NCBI GenBank assembly: GCA_951406725.2
Contig: OX597815.1
Coordinates: 209,746,001-209,810,000 of the forward strand
Length of the DNA: 64,000 nucleotides
Direction: 5' to 3'
Source of the DNA: Octopus vulgaris
Lineage: Eukaryota
In this document: in pieces, positions 42,615 to 56,069 of the stretch
Layout of the letters: each line of letters begins with the position of its first letter
Position numbering within the stretch: the first letter of the stretch is position 1
The notes under the pieces: generated by a model
Databases searched by the model: none
What the model saw: the letters and a program-made list of their open reading frames with translations, nothing else
Told to the model about the DNA's origin: nothing
Made by a program: the position numbers and the translations under genes

Positions 42615-44789
42615 ACCAAAGGCTTTTCACTATGGCATTGTTTTTATTAAATCATAAATTATGTTGAAATCGGCGTTTTATGATATGATTCAAAAACATC
42701 TTCACCTTCAACTTTTTAAATCTCATTGTCAATCCAGCTACTAGTAGCAATTCTATAAGTACATGGTGTGTTGAGTGTTTAGTGGTTACTATGTCGGCTG
42801 CAATTAGTAGCCAAATCTGCTTGATATCTTAAATAAGGAAAGGATGCACGTCATATTGTGCAACTAGATAAAATCTGCTTAAAAGAATGATTGGATGGTC
42901 ATGCTTGGAATGGTTGGCTTTTTTTTTATCTAATCGCATGACGCTGACATGCTGAGTAACTATTTGATGTAAGGTTATCTTCACAGGATTTGAAAGCATG
43001 GCTGTATAAGTACTTGATTGAAAGTTTTAAAATGTCTAATTCCCTTGTCCCTCTGTTAATTTAAATATAATCTTGGTGAAATCATAGTTTTTGAAAAAGG
43101 TAAGAAGCCCATGGCGTATCTTTAGGTCTTCGTTATTCATATTTCGATATGAAGCCAGTATCTAGAAATCAGTAACCCTGCGCGCTCGTTACTCATATCT
43201 CCGTCTTCAAAAACAGATTTTCAGTAATCTCAGCAATTATTTCTACAGAAAATGGTATTAATTACATAATAAATAGATTATAAGTAGAAACTTGAACATT
43301 CTGAACTAGTTTGCATGAAGTAACTTACCAATGAACGCCAACCCTGACCCTCGCATCTGCTGCTTTTGTCTATATTTTCAGCCGATATTACTGTGACTTA
43401 TATTGTATGGAGTTTACTTATGATTCATTTTGACCCAATCCTTTCTCATCCTCGCGTAACTCACATTATGTCCACCTTCTGCTCTGCACTAACCATTATT
43501 ATCCAAACATCATTTCCGAGAACGTTAGGTCATCTGGAATTCTCTCTTTTTGACGTAAAACTCTTTAAGAGGAACATTAACTTCATCGACTTTGTAGATC
43601 GCATACCGTGACCTTTTTCAGATTGCCTGCAAAGGCCCTGGGCCGGCTCTCTTTCTTCAGAACTCAGCCTTCCAAAATGTTATCCTAGCATAGTTTCATC
43701 TCTTTACGTTCAACGGTCATTTGTTTGTTTTTGATATTAACCCATCCTCAAGTCAACGCACCATTTCACTCACAAAGAGAACATTAATACGACACTATAT
43801 AGTAGAGGTTATTGATTAAGTTCACTCTGCTTCATTTGTGCGTATCAATATCACAAAGTTATGATGCCAATCAATCCTGCATATAAATATTTCATGCTTA
43901 AGTCTGTTTTTGTGAGATCACAGTCGGAAGAACTTATGAACTTTGAACAGTTCTTCAAGAAATATTATTTGATATTAATGCAACTTCCTGTAAGAAAAGC
44001 ACAATAGATGCTTCTTGCAGTATTTATGCTCTAGACAAACCGAAAGAAAATGCATACCAGCTAAATGACGCGCATATATAATTATAGTAACCTATTATGC
44101 TCAAATATTAGCACATTGGTTTTGTTTTAAAACTGAAACGAACTGTAAAAACGTACTGAGCCAAAGAGTATACTCACTTACAGGACAAATATGCACTCAT
44201 GGCTGCGCATGATGAGGGCAAAAATCCCTGAAATTTATTTTTCAGGCAGTCTGCATAAAAGCCATTTAAGATTTACTCGATCCTTCTGAATACAGGTCGT
44301 AAGTAGATGTTATAGAAGCTGATACTCAGTGTGTTCATAGTTTTACCTAACCGAACCAATTCACTGGTGTATTTATTATATTCTCTAGATACGTAGACAC
44401 ACTGGTTACTTCACAAACCAGTAACAGGGAATATACATGGTTGTTCCACTTGTTGAAATTACTGACAAAGTCTCCTTCGAATCATATCCTATCATGCAAA
44501 ATATGGTGAGAACGAATTAGAAAATGTTGTCCGAAATAACCTTAGATTGTACAATCAGAAATGACTTAAGGGTTAAACAAAACTACGAATAATATAGCAT
44601 CTCTTGTTTTGTGCTCATTAGCTTGTCTCAAATCTAGAACTTCAGCAACCTCGAGAAGAACCGCATTCTATTGCAGCGATGCAAACAGTGATATATGAAG
44701 AATACTCACAATGATCAATACCTTTATTGTATACATTACTAATACAGAAGTTTTACAAATGCAGTTAGTGAAATTTCATGGACATGGAT

Positions 44790-45140
<351 letters not shown>

Positions 45141-45277
45141 TGGAAGGGTGTGGCAAATCGTCTCTGTGTGTATATGTATCTATGTATTAATGTATATATA
45201 TTTATGTAAATATGTATCTGTACATGCAAGCATACACATGCATGTTTTGTGTTTATTTGTGTGTGTGTGTGTTTGAT

Positions 45278-45301
<24 letters not shown>

Positions 45302-45308
<7 letters not shown>

Positions 45309-45550
45309 ATTTATCACATTGGTTACGTTGATTTCGTGTTCCGGAACTGCACTTATAGTATTTATGTATCAATATCATTCCATTAAAACATGCAATACTA
45401 TTATCAAGCAACTAATTCAATGATTGTGAATTCGTTTAACCTACAATCTAATAATGCAAACTTATACAATGATTTATCAAGGAGCGGTTTCTCTCACCAT
45501 GCAGTAATTTATCACATTGGTTACGTTGATTTCGTGTTCCGGAACTGCAC
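45302..45550. repeat. Perfect 51-bp direct repeat, 198 bp apart
   Basis: TGCAGTAATTTATCACATTGGTTACGTTGATTTCGTGTTCCGGAACTGCAC occurs at 45302-45352 and 45500-45550. Confidence 0.92.
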
Positions 45551-45742
45551 AGGAGATAGGCACTTTTATGTATTTCGTGGAAAGGGATGGTTATATATAT
45601 ACGCGCTTATGAGTTGAAGCTAGATACTAAATTATTTCATTATCGATGTACTGCTAGATTTTTATATGTACACTTACACACAAAAACCAGTAAACACACA
45701 CATGCACTCACCAACGAATACAGGTGTGCATAAATATGAATA

Positions 45743-45797
<55 letters not shown>

Positions 45798-45842
45798 GTA
45801 AATATAAGAGAGTTAATGTTAAGTGGTTAACTCTAGTGCTAG

Positions 45843-45909
<67 letters not shown>

Positions 45910-45935
45910 AGGGCAAAAGAAAAAAGATTTCTGCC

Positions 45936-45997
<62 letters not shown>

Positions 45998-46384
45998 CAG
46001 AAAACTGACATATAGGGCTAAATATTTGAAATATATTCATGACTTTAATGCCTTTGCAACAGCAAAACAAGGACAAAAATTATATTCAGAGAGACGATGC
46101 ACTGATAAGTATGTCAAACCTATGAATTAGAGTGTTCGCATTCATACATAGACATGTATACATACGTACACACATAAAAACATATGTATATACGTATGAG
46201 TGTGTATGTACAAATAAATAAATATATATATATATATATGTATATGCATAGATATATATATGTGTGCGTGTTTTTATGTGTGATTGTGTGTATGTATATG
46301 CATATATATGTGCATGTATGCATGTGTGTGGGTTATATATATAATATGCGTATATATATGTGTGTATACATGCTCGCTCATTTA

Positions 46385-46724
46385 CTCCTTTACTCTTATT
46401 TTTTTCCGTCATTTGGCTGCCGCCATGTTGGAGCACCGCCTTTTGTCGGGCAAATCGACCTCAGAACATATTCTTTGCAAGCCTAGTGCTTATTCTATCG
46501 GTGTCTTTTGTCGATCCGGTAAGTTACGGGACGTAGACACACCAATATCGGTTGTCAAGCGATGGCGAGGAGACAAACACATACACACCAAAACCACTCA
46601 CAAGGCTTTGGTCGGCCCGAGGCTATACATGAAGACACTTGCCCAAGATGCTACGTAGTGGGACTGAACCCAGAATCAAGTGGTTGGTAAGCAAGTTACT
46701 TACTACACGGCTACTCCTGCGCCT
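46385..46724 (-). mobile_element. tRNA-SINE family A
   Basis: Reverse-complement similarity to 19350-19755. Confidence 0.85.
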
Positions 46725-47185
46725 ATAAATATATATAGAATTCATATATATGTCTGCTCGCGCTCGTGCGTATGTGAGATACCAAAAGCTATATACATAT
46801 AATTCTTAAACAATACTATTCAAAAGCTCAATGTCCCTATGTAAATAAATACACACTCACTGACAGTTTAATATTTTGACGGGTTTTCAATATTACATGT
46901 CTCTATTCTTTTTCTTCTTCTTCTTTGTTGAGAACCCCAGGCCGATATGATGCACCCTTATACTTAAATGGTGCTTATTTTATTCACATTTGAAATAAAG
47001 CTAGGTTGGCATCGTCAGGATTTGAACTCAAAACATAAGTTGATTAAAACATTTTCATTTCCACTTTATCAATTAATTTAAACTGTCAAAGGTATAAAAC
47101 ATATATAGAAAAATATTTCTTATTCAAATTATAAGTACCTTACATTTGTCTGGGATAATTGATCTTTTTACTAGAAATTGCGTAT

Positions 47186-47525
47186 TTGCTGCTGAGACCT
47201 CCTTCGGTCTGACCATGGGATTGCACCTAGAAAGTTACCCTCCCAGGTAAAATTCCGAGCAAGGTTGTTTATAGAACACCAGCAGTTGCCCATGCATACC
47301 AATCTCCCCTCTCCGCGCCACCAGTGTTATCCAAGGGGAAAAGTAAAGGCCGATACAGCTTGGCACTAGTGACGTCGCAACTCATTTCTACAGGTGAGTG
47401 AACTGGAGCAACGTGAAATAAAGTGTCTTGCTCAAGAGCACAACGCGCAGCCCGGTCCGGGATTCGAACTCGCAACCTCACGATCGTAAGCTCGACCGTC
47501 TAACTACTGAACCATGCGCCTTCAC
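47186..47525 (-). mobile_element. Full-length tRNA-SINE family D with 13-bp TSD
   Basis: Minus strand A box TGGTTCAGTAG and B box GAGTTCGAATCCC. AGAAATTGCGTAT occurs at 47173-47185 and 47526-47538. Confidence 0.9.
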
Positions 47526-48779
47526 AGAAATTGCGTATACTGATTTGAATAATATTGCTATTGCAGACACTCGCTGCTGTTATCACATGTACAAACATTA
47601 AATGTGTAAAGACGTTTCAGCCAGTATGCGATGTTAGTAGATGCCCGTTGCTGATGAGAAGTAAAATGCCGCAGTCACATGAGACAACAGTTCCGCCATT
47701 GCTGCTGGATGTTTTTCGTCTTTGCTGCCCCTTACGCTTCAGGATGCGACTCAGAACATATTCTATTGCAAGTAGTGCTTACACATGTACCATTAATTAG
47801 ACGTAGCCACAATATATGCAATAAGTAAAATAAAGTCACAAAAAATACGCCTTGGTGCTGGTATATAAAAATCCCATCTCATAAATAAATGTATTTTAAG
47901 CAAACTATGAACTACTTGCGTATAAAATAAAGAATTGGATAAATCGATCACCAGGGAAAATGTCGTTTGAATATCTAATTCATGTAAAGATAACTATTTT
48001 CGCGTTGACTATAAACCTCACTTGTGTATAAAAAATAAGCGAATGTAGCATCACTGGACCATCTACGTGGACTGTGACTAATAATAGCAGCCAAATCGCC
48101 TACAAATCATATCAAACTGCGTAAATAAAGTGAAGAATACATTACATATACACTCCTTAGATATCCCCAACACAGTTGAATGATTACATGTCTGTCTAAT
48201 CAATACTACGTTCTAGAAAACAAAAACAATACAGTGTGATAAAAAATAACCTGTGAGAGAGAATTTACAAGGTCAGCCGATGCCACAAAAGTACAGCTAA
48301 ATTGTTATTAAATCATTGTAATTTCTAAAACATTAAATTACCGACAAATTAAATTATGTAGGCCAGGAAACACTATATCTTAAGAATGAGATGATCAAGA
48401 CGGATATCTTTGAAAAATAAGTCTGCTTTTGAGGGGCTGGCCTAGTTCTAAATATGAAATGCAATATAATTCCAAGATAAGCTATCTTCTGGTCGATCTT
48501 CCTTCTATGTGATCACTCAATGCAGACTTATTTCTCTGTGTTGTCTTATAGTAATACTTAATCAATAATATAGTTCTAGCTTCATCACAGCTCAATAAAA
48601 GACGATATGAGAACGCCTGGAACGTCTTTAACCACAGGTCTGCCTTATCGGGTCAAATACTATATAACTACAAGATTCATGTATATGTATAGATACAAAC
48701 TCGCACAGATAAAACATATACACACATATGTATGTATACACACGCATATGTAATTTTATATCGACTGCATTCTCAGATG

Positions 48780-50460
48780 TGCTACGACGTTGGAGAAATA
48801 GTGTCTGGTTAATTATAAGAAAGTATCTGGAACTTACCCCGGTGGATAATAGTGTCCTTCGTCTTGTTACGATCCCAAAGGTCCTTACCAAAGCCACAAA
48901 AAGCCTTTCTTCTTCTAGGGCCGTTAGCTTGCAGTTAAGTACAGGAAGTGATGTGGTTGTTCCTGATAGGATTACGTATTACAATGGTATATTTTCAATG
49001 GACAATCTCAATCTGATGTCCTTTATACTTGCTGCAAAAATCCAATAACTGTTTTGTTGAAGAAACTTGAAGAAAAATGATTAGGTTCCAAAAGACAGAA
49101 ACACCAACCTAAACTGACATATATCATTTTAATGGATGGCCTGAAAGTATTTGATAAAAATATGAATGATATGAACAAGAACCTTGACCTGGTTACGACA
49201 CATTGTCAAATAATATAGGAATAAAGTTTGGCTATGATAAATGTCTCTAATTGTAAACGTAACAGGACATACACAAGCTAGCCTAGCAACATCAGGTTTA
49301 AGAGGCTATGTCGGAATTATAAAAAGTATCAACTGTGGAAATAGTATATTGTTACAAAATCCACCAAAGACAAAAACTTTGTATTGCAGTCAATAAGATA
49401 TGTCCTTGACTATGGTTATTTTGGACAATCTCAATCTGATTCAAATAATGCAAAGGAATAACTAATGTTTTGTTGAAGAAACTTGAAGAAAATGATTGGG
49501 TTCCAAAAAGACAGAAACACCAACCCTAAACTGTATATCATTTTAATGGATGGCCTGAAAGTATTTGATAAAAATATGAATATGAACAAGAACCTTGACC
49601 TGGTTACGACACATTGTCAAACAATATGGGAATAAAGTTTGTCTGATAATGTCTCTAATTGTAAACGTAACAGGACATACACAAGCTAACCCTAGCAACA
49701 TCAGGTTCAGAGTTAGGCTATTTCTCTGGTATCCCACGTTGAATTCTTCTGGTGAACCATGACGAATGGAAATCTATTCTGATGGATATCTATTCTGTGA
49801 TTTCAGTTATAACCAGGAATGTGTAACCAAGAATTATTATTATAATCGGATGATAAACTAGGCTACTTAGTGGTATTTTATATACAGTAAATTATATTGA
49901 TTTGATCAGAATGTTAAGAAAGCTCAGCTGGACACAGAGAGGAATATATTAAAGTTATTTTAAAATCAGAAACTTCCAGAGAGCATGATAAACTTAAGAA
50001 AGGTGAAATTTGAAAAAATCTATGCGCACAAAACAGGCAAATTGAGCAATTTCAACAATGTATTTCTTCCCTTCTCATACCAGGATTACTCTGAAGCTTC
50101 CACAATTCCGCAGACTCTGAGACGTTCTAAAGTATGACAATAACACATTTTCCTATATTATGGTTATTTCAACAACAGGAGAAGAATGTGCAGAAAGAGA
50201 AATGAGATATTTTACGCCAGCATTGGTTATATCACAGTTGTACATAATGCATTTTTGTCGAGGAATACGGCAGAAAAGGAAGCCCACGTCATAAGAAAGT
50301 AGAAAACGTGCCTTCAACTTTCCTGTTACATCCCAAAATATAATCTTGATGTTCTCATTTGCAATAAATGAATTTTGGAGGATTCTTGATTCTTGATTCT
50401 TGAAATTGTCCCTCCTTCTCATAAAGCTGATCTCAATTGTCGTTTGGTAATTGAGGCACA
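48780..50460 (-). pseudogene. Degraded L1/Tx1-like RT remnant containing a ~300-bp local duplication
   Basis: Weak RT-like remnants on minus (RVILV*EGKK, RRIQRGIP). About 48999-49305 is duplicated at about 49423-49720. Confidence 0.45.
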
Positions 50461-53358
50461 ACCTCTAAAGGCAGAGATAGTGTTAATAAACTAAGAAATT
50501 ATGTTGAAAGCTATTTGATATACTTTCATTTACGCACACACACACACATACACAGACGTGTGTGTGTGTGTGGTGGAAGTGAACACGTCAGCACTTAAGG
50601 CTACTTTTTTAAAATCAGTAAGTCCCTGCAAAACGTACAGAGAGCCCAGTCCGTCAATTTCGCTTTGAGTGAATAGAGTGCTGTAAGAAACGGAATCCAT
50701 TATCAGTGCAATCAGCTATAAAACCAGCGGCCCAACAGAAGGTGAGTCGACTAGAAACCAACTGTTCTTTAGGTATCTTTTTAATACGAGCTTACCATGT
50801 GACGAGGACTCGTAGGGAAGGGTCTCTACTCCCAGCTGTTCATATATGGACATACATTAACACATTCGCACGTATATAAATGTATATATATAGAGAGAGA
50901 GAAAGAGAGAGAGAGCGTAAGAAAGTAGAAATAGATAAAGTATATTTTAAAATGGTTGCAGCATTGACATGTTTTGTTCCAGAGGTACACATAACTCTTC
51001 AATTTGGACGATTGATGGCAATACTAGTAGAATATATTTGAACACATTTAGTCTTTCCTTCATATTACCACAACATTTCTGAGAATTATTTCCAAAACGG
51101 CATGCCAATTCTCTAAATGTAGATTTTATGAAAATGAAAAGGGCATTTAATTCTGCATGTATCGGGTATTTAACAGCTCTTATTCGCCATTAGGCCCTTC
51201 TGTATCATCGGACATTTTTCCTGACTACAGACTGTTTATGTGTAATTGCTGTGTGTTTGTGTGTGTGTGTTGTGTGTGTGTGTGTGTTGTCTGTGATCTT
51301 TGTGTGTTTATTTTATCTGTAATCTTAGATGTTCCAATTCTTTATAAATTTTTCTGTGCATTATAACGACAATTGCTTTTCATAAAAATCATAAATGTGA
51401 GTATCAATTCTTAAGTCACTATGTATAATTTTCTACAAATGTATAAGACATTAGTATTGGCTTCTGGAAAATAGTAATTCTCAATGAGAATGGATTTTTC
51501 AATTAATTTTGTCTACAAAGTCTAATTTTCGTATGCAATACATAGTTGTTCACGCACGATATGTTTGTTATTTCTTTACTGACCACAACTACAAAGAGGG
51601 GACAAGCCATTGTATAAGACATTTAAGTCGTTATAATCGATCAGTGCTTTGTAGTCTGGTTAATTTATCTCTTGAAAGGATGAAAGGATAAGTCAGATCG
51701 GTGATTTGAACAGAAGCGTATCGTATTTAGTTTTTCCGGCGTGTAATTTACAGTTTGATAATATGCTTGTATGTTTGTGCGTCGTTATGTGGATCATATA
51801 TTGTGCATAAGTGTTTGTCTGTATTTGTAAATACTTTTAAAATCTTTAGTGTAAAATATTTGTAATAATTTTCTAAAATGTTTCCTGAATTTAGAAATTT
51901 GATATGTTGTGCTATTTATAAAACGTTGGCCAATATTATCTTAACCTTTCACCCATTTCTCAACATTAAACTCTTTTAGTGTAAAATAACAGCATGTATT
52001 TGAATCAGGAAACAGAAACATTAGTCATGACAATAAAAGCATGGAAAGAGAAGTAAGTGTCTCAAATGAAGATGGAGACAAAATTGTCCTAATTTTTTTA
52101 CAATATAAGGTTAAAGCTGGAAAGCATGTTGAAAATTTGCCGCAATATTGCTAAAATATATTTGAAAGCACTTGAAAATTCCTCGGTTGAAAAAGAGTAA
52201 GCCATTGTATAAGGAAGTTTTCAGGCGTTATAATATCATTTGTTTTTTTGCTTTTTTGTTTAGTCTGGTTAATTTTATCTCTTTATGCAGTTTAGATGAA
52301 AGGATAATCAGATCATACTTAGGGTGGACGGAGCGTATCGGGTATTTTATGTTTTTCCGTGCTTTGTGAGATTTACAGTGGTTGATGAGATTGTATGCTT
52401 GTTAAAGTTTATATGTGAGTATCTTATTATTGCAGCAGAGTTAATGCTTCTAATAATTGTGTTGTTTTGGTCTCGGGTGGATACGGGTGCCTATGAAGGC
52501 TTGATATTTCTCTAATTTTTCTTTGCTTTATTCTTCTCCTTGTTTGTATCTTTGATCTTGCAATGTTCTGCGTTATTTTTACATCGTTTTTGTTGAGTGT
52601 GCTGTTGGAACAGAATATTTAACATTATTCCTAAGTTACATTTGTTTAGGCTTTGTGATTGTTTGATATTATCACTTGGGACGTGATTCTTAGATGTGTC
52701 TATAATTGATTTATCGGCACTATGTGTAGAGTGCTATCTAAAGTATTGATTTGCTTGTGTTTAGGTGATCAAATTTGGCTTATGTTGCTTTTGGTTTTCT
52801 CACTGTTTGTAGTAGTAATGTTTTCGGTTATTTTTTTTTTATAGATGTCGACTGTATTTTCTTTGGTCATTGATGGCATTCGTAATGTTAAAATTACGTT
52901 ATTGTTAGTCATTAGTTTGTATTTCACATTAGTGGCTACACTTGTTTTGATGATAGCATTGACTCTAATGTATTATTGATAGTTATAATCGTACGTACAA
53001 TTGTTGTTGTTCTTATTGTGATGATAATTATGATAATGGTGTACACTGTCATCATTTACACTTTTGTTGCATCATAATAGATATCATCTTACGTATAATG
53101 AAATCTCCATTATGTTATGATGTCAATTCATGTCTCGCACTCTGAATCGTGATCTATCAGCAAATTGTTCTCTAGACTTATTATAGAGGAGGGATAGATA
53201 TCAACCCAATGTTTTCTTCACACACATTAAACCTTGCTGTATCTTTTGTATAAATCTACTGTTCCCTGTTAGTTTTAATTTAAGACTTTCTTCCAGCGAT
53301 TTTATTCCTGTCGTTTACTAGTGTACATTTCGGGAATATATATATGTATGTATGTAGG

Positions 53359-53407
<49 letters not shown>

Positions 53408-53601
53408 GTATATGTATAGGCGTATATATATATACATATATATATATATATTTATATGTATATATATATATATGTGTGTATGTGTGTGTGTGTGTATGTA
53501 TATATATATATATATGTATATGTATAGGCGTATATATATATACATATATATATTTATATGTATGTATATATATATATATATATATATTGTGTGTGTTGTA
53601 T

Positions 53602-53649
<48 letters not shown>

Positions 53650-53810
53650 GGTGTAGGAGTGGCTGTGTTGTAAGTAGCTTGCTTACCAACCACATGGTCT
53701 CGGGTTCAATCCCACTGCGTGGCACCTTGGACAAGTGTCTTCTACTATATTCTCGGGCCAACCAAAGCTTTGAGAGTAGATTTGGTAGACGGAAACTGAA
53801 AGAAGCTCGT
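53650..53810 (+). mobile_element. tRNA-SINE family A head in (TA)n
   Basis: Homologous to the 19350 copy, with B box GGGTTCAATCCC. Confidence 0.9.
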
Positions 53811-55301
53811 AGTATATATGTATATATATATATATATATATGTGTGCATGTGTGTGCGTGTGTGTGTGGTGAATAAACCTGTGAATGCACACTCATTTGT
53901 ATCTCTATAACAATGAGGAACTGGCGGCACCCTTACACGAGATATACTATGTTTGCTACTTCTGTTAGTTATATCTCAGTACCGGAGAATGTTTATTGCA
54001 TAAATCTAACCATATATTTTTCATAGATTTTATACCCTTTGTTTTTAATGTCATGAACGTGCTACACACACACATACACACACATATATCTGCATATAAG
54101 CATATTGGTAAGTATGTATATATATGTATATATATATATGTGTGTGCGTGTATAAGTATATATATATATATGTGTGTGTATATATATATAAATAGATATA
54201 TATGTATGTATATATGTGAGTGTGCATGTATACATAAATGTATCTGAGTGTGTGTGTGTTGCAGTGTCGGGTTGATAATTTGCGACAGCCATTTTGCGAT
54301 TAAGATATATCAGTTAGCCATTGGTTTCTAAATGTATACATATCTATAATACACAACCTTTCTCTTGTTTTGGAAACAAAAGAAAACTATATTGAAACAA
54401 ACATGACTACGCACTCTAAATTTGTACTTAGTATCACCAAAACATAAAATTCAGCTCTGCTGCTTATTGTAAAATAAGCAAAACTGTGGAAGATCTATTT
54501 TGTCAACTAAAGCAGAATTAAACTGCGACGGCCTCGATATTTTGGAAGACAACAAAGTCATCTTTCTCTCTCAAAGTAAAAGTAGACCAATCACTTCATC
54601 CAAACTTGTAGTGGGAAAGATAGACAGTGCATTCCTATTCATCAAATGTGAACCATTGTTCATTGATCCCTAAGTCACTCTACCAGAAAGATTTATTCTC
54701 ATTTTAGATGATTATTCATTACAATTTGGGATCTCACGATAAGGACAATAATACAGAGAAATTACTTTTTGAATGATTTCTAGTATGTTGAAAAGGTCGA
54801 CTACTTGCTTGACCTCTGTCCTCAGGAACTACAATAAGGATGAAGCGGTTAATCTCATAGTATTAGTGTCTCAACAAGCATACTACCCCTATTGTTCCGG
54901 ATAGCACAGCGAGGGTAGTTTGATAATGCCACAAATTATGAACTACAATGCAATGGACGAAATTTCGAAATTATTGAATATTGATACATTAACCTTTAGT
55001 CACAGACGTAAAGTTTCTGAAAACCAAAATGTTTATTCAACGCGATTGCAGGCGGAGTGGAGTATATTAATTATCATGTGTGTATACATAAATATAGACA
55101 TGTACTGAAAGCCACACATGCACAAAATCAAAAACCTGTATTGAAGATATAAACGTAAGAAGATACACGTACCAACCTCGATATATGAGTGGTCTATGTG
55201 TATGTATGCAAGTACGTATATTCATATTTATATCAATATTTTCATCCATCCATCCATCCGTCCACACATCCGTGCGTGAGTCCGTCCGTCCGTCCGTTTG
55301 G

Positions 55302-55384
<83 letters not shown>

Positions 55385-55403
55385 AGTGGTGTAAGTGCAT
55401 TTA

Positions 55404-55481
55404 CGGGGACGTAAAAGCACGAACACCAGTTGTCAAGTGGAAGTGAGAGACAAAGACAGACACACAGATACACAAACACAA

Positions 55482-55565
<84 letters not shown>

Positions 55566-55685
55566 TTATACGACGGGTTTCGTTTAATTTCCGTCAACCA
55601 GATCCACTCACATGGCCCAATGTTATAGAAGACATCTGGCCAAGGTGCCACGCAGTGAGACTGAAACTGGAAGCACGTGGCTGGG
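55404..55685 (-). mobile_element. Diverged tRNA-SINE family A
   Basis: CCAAGGTGCCACGCAGTGAGACTGAA and flanking matches. Confidence 0.75.
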
Positions 55686-55687
55686 AA

Positions 55688-55689
<2 letters not shown>

Positions 55690-55758
<69 letters not shown>
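55690..55758. repeat. (AAT)n microsatellite
   Basis: Directly visible. Confidence 0.95.
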
Positions 55759-55759
<1 letters not shown>

Positions 55760-56027
55760 TTGTTTTTATGTATTATTTTTGTATTCATTTTCGTGTAACA
55801 TCGTCCGTTTTTCTGTCCTTTTTCTTCCAAGGAATCTAATGCGCTTAGCTTAGTTTTTCCTTGGAGCTGGCCAGGTTGGAGCAATCTCAAGATTAATCAG
55901 CCGAAATTGCGAGGATGATCCGGTTCTTGACTGAATATTGAAGGCTTCGAATGTCCTGTCCGTGTTTTTAGTGTCGTCATCAAAATGTTTTGCTTTCTTG
56001 TCCCAGTTTGTATTTTTTATACACACA

Positions 56028-56065
<38 letters not shown>

Positions 56066-56069
<4 letters not shown>

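Noticed and set aside
47440-47525. tRNA gene (also the heads at 19350 and 27304)
   Set aside because: The A/B boxes continue into repeated SINE bodies, one with a TSD, and lack a full cloverleaf acceptor stem.
50084-50131. 48-nt AG/GT-bounded open exon candidate (DYSEASTIPQTLRRSK)
   Set aside because: It lies antisense within a degraded LINE RT remnant and has no supporting neighbouring exons.
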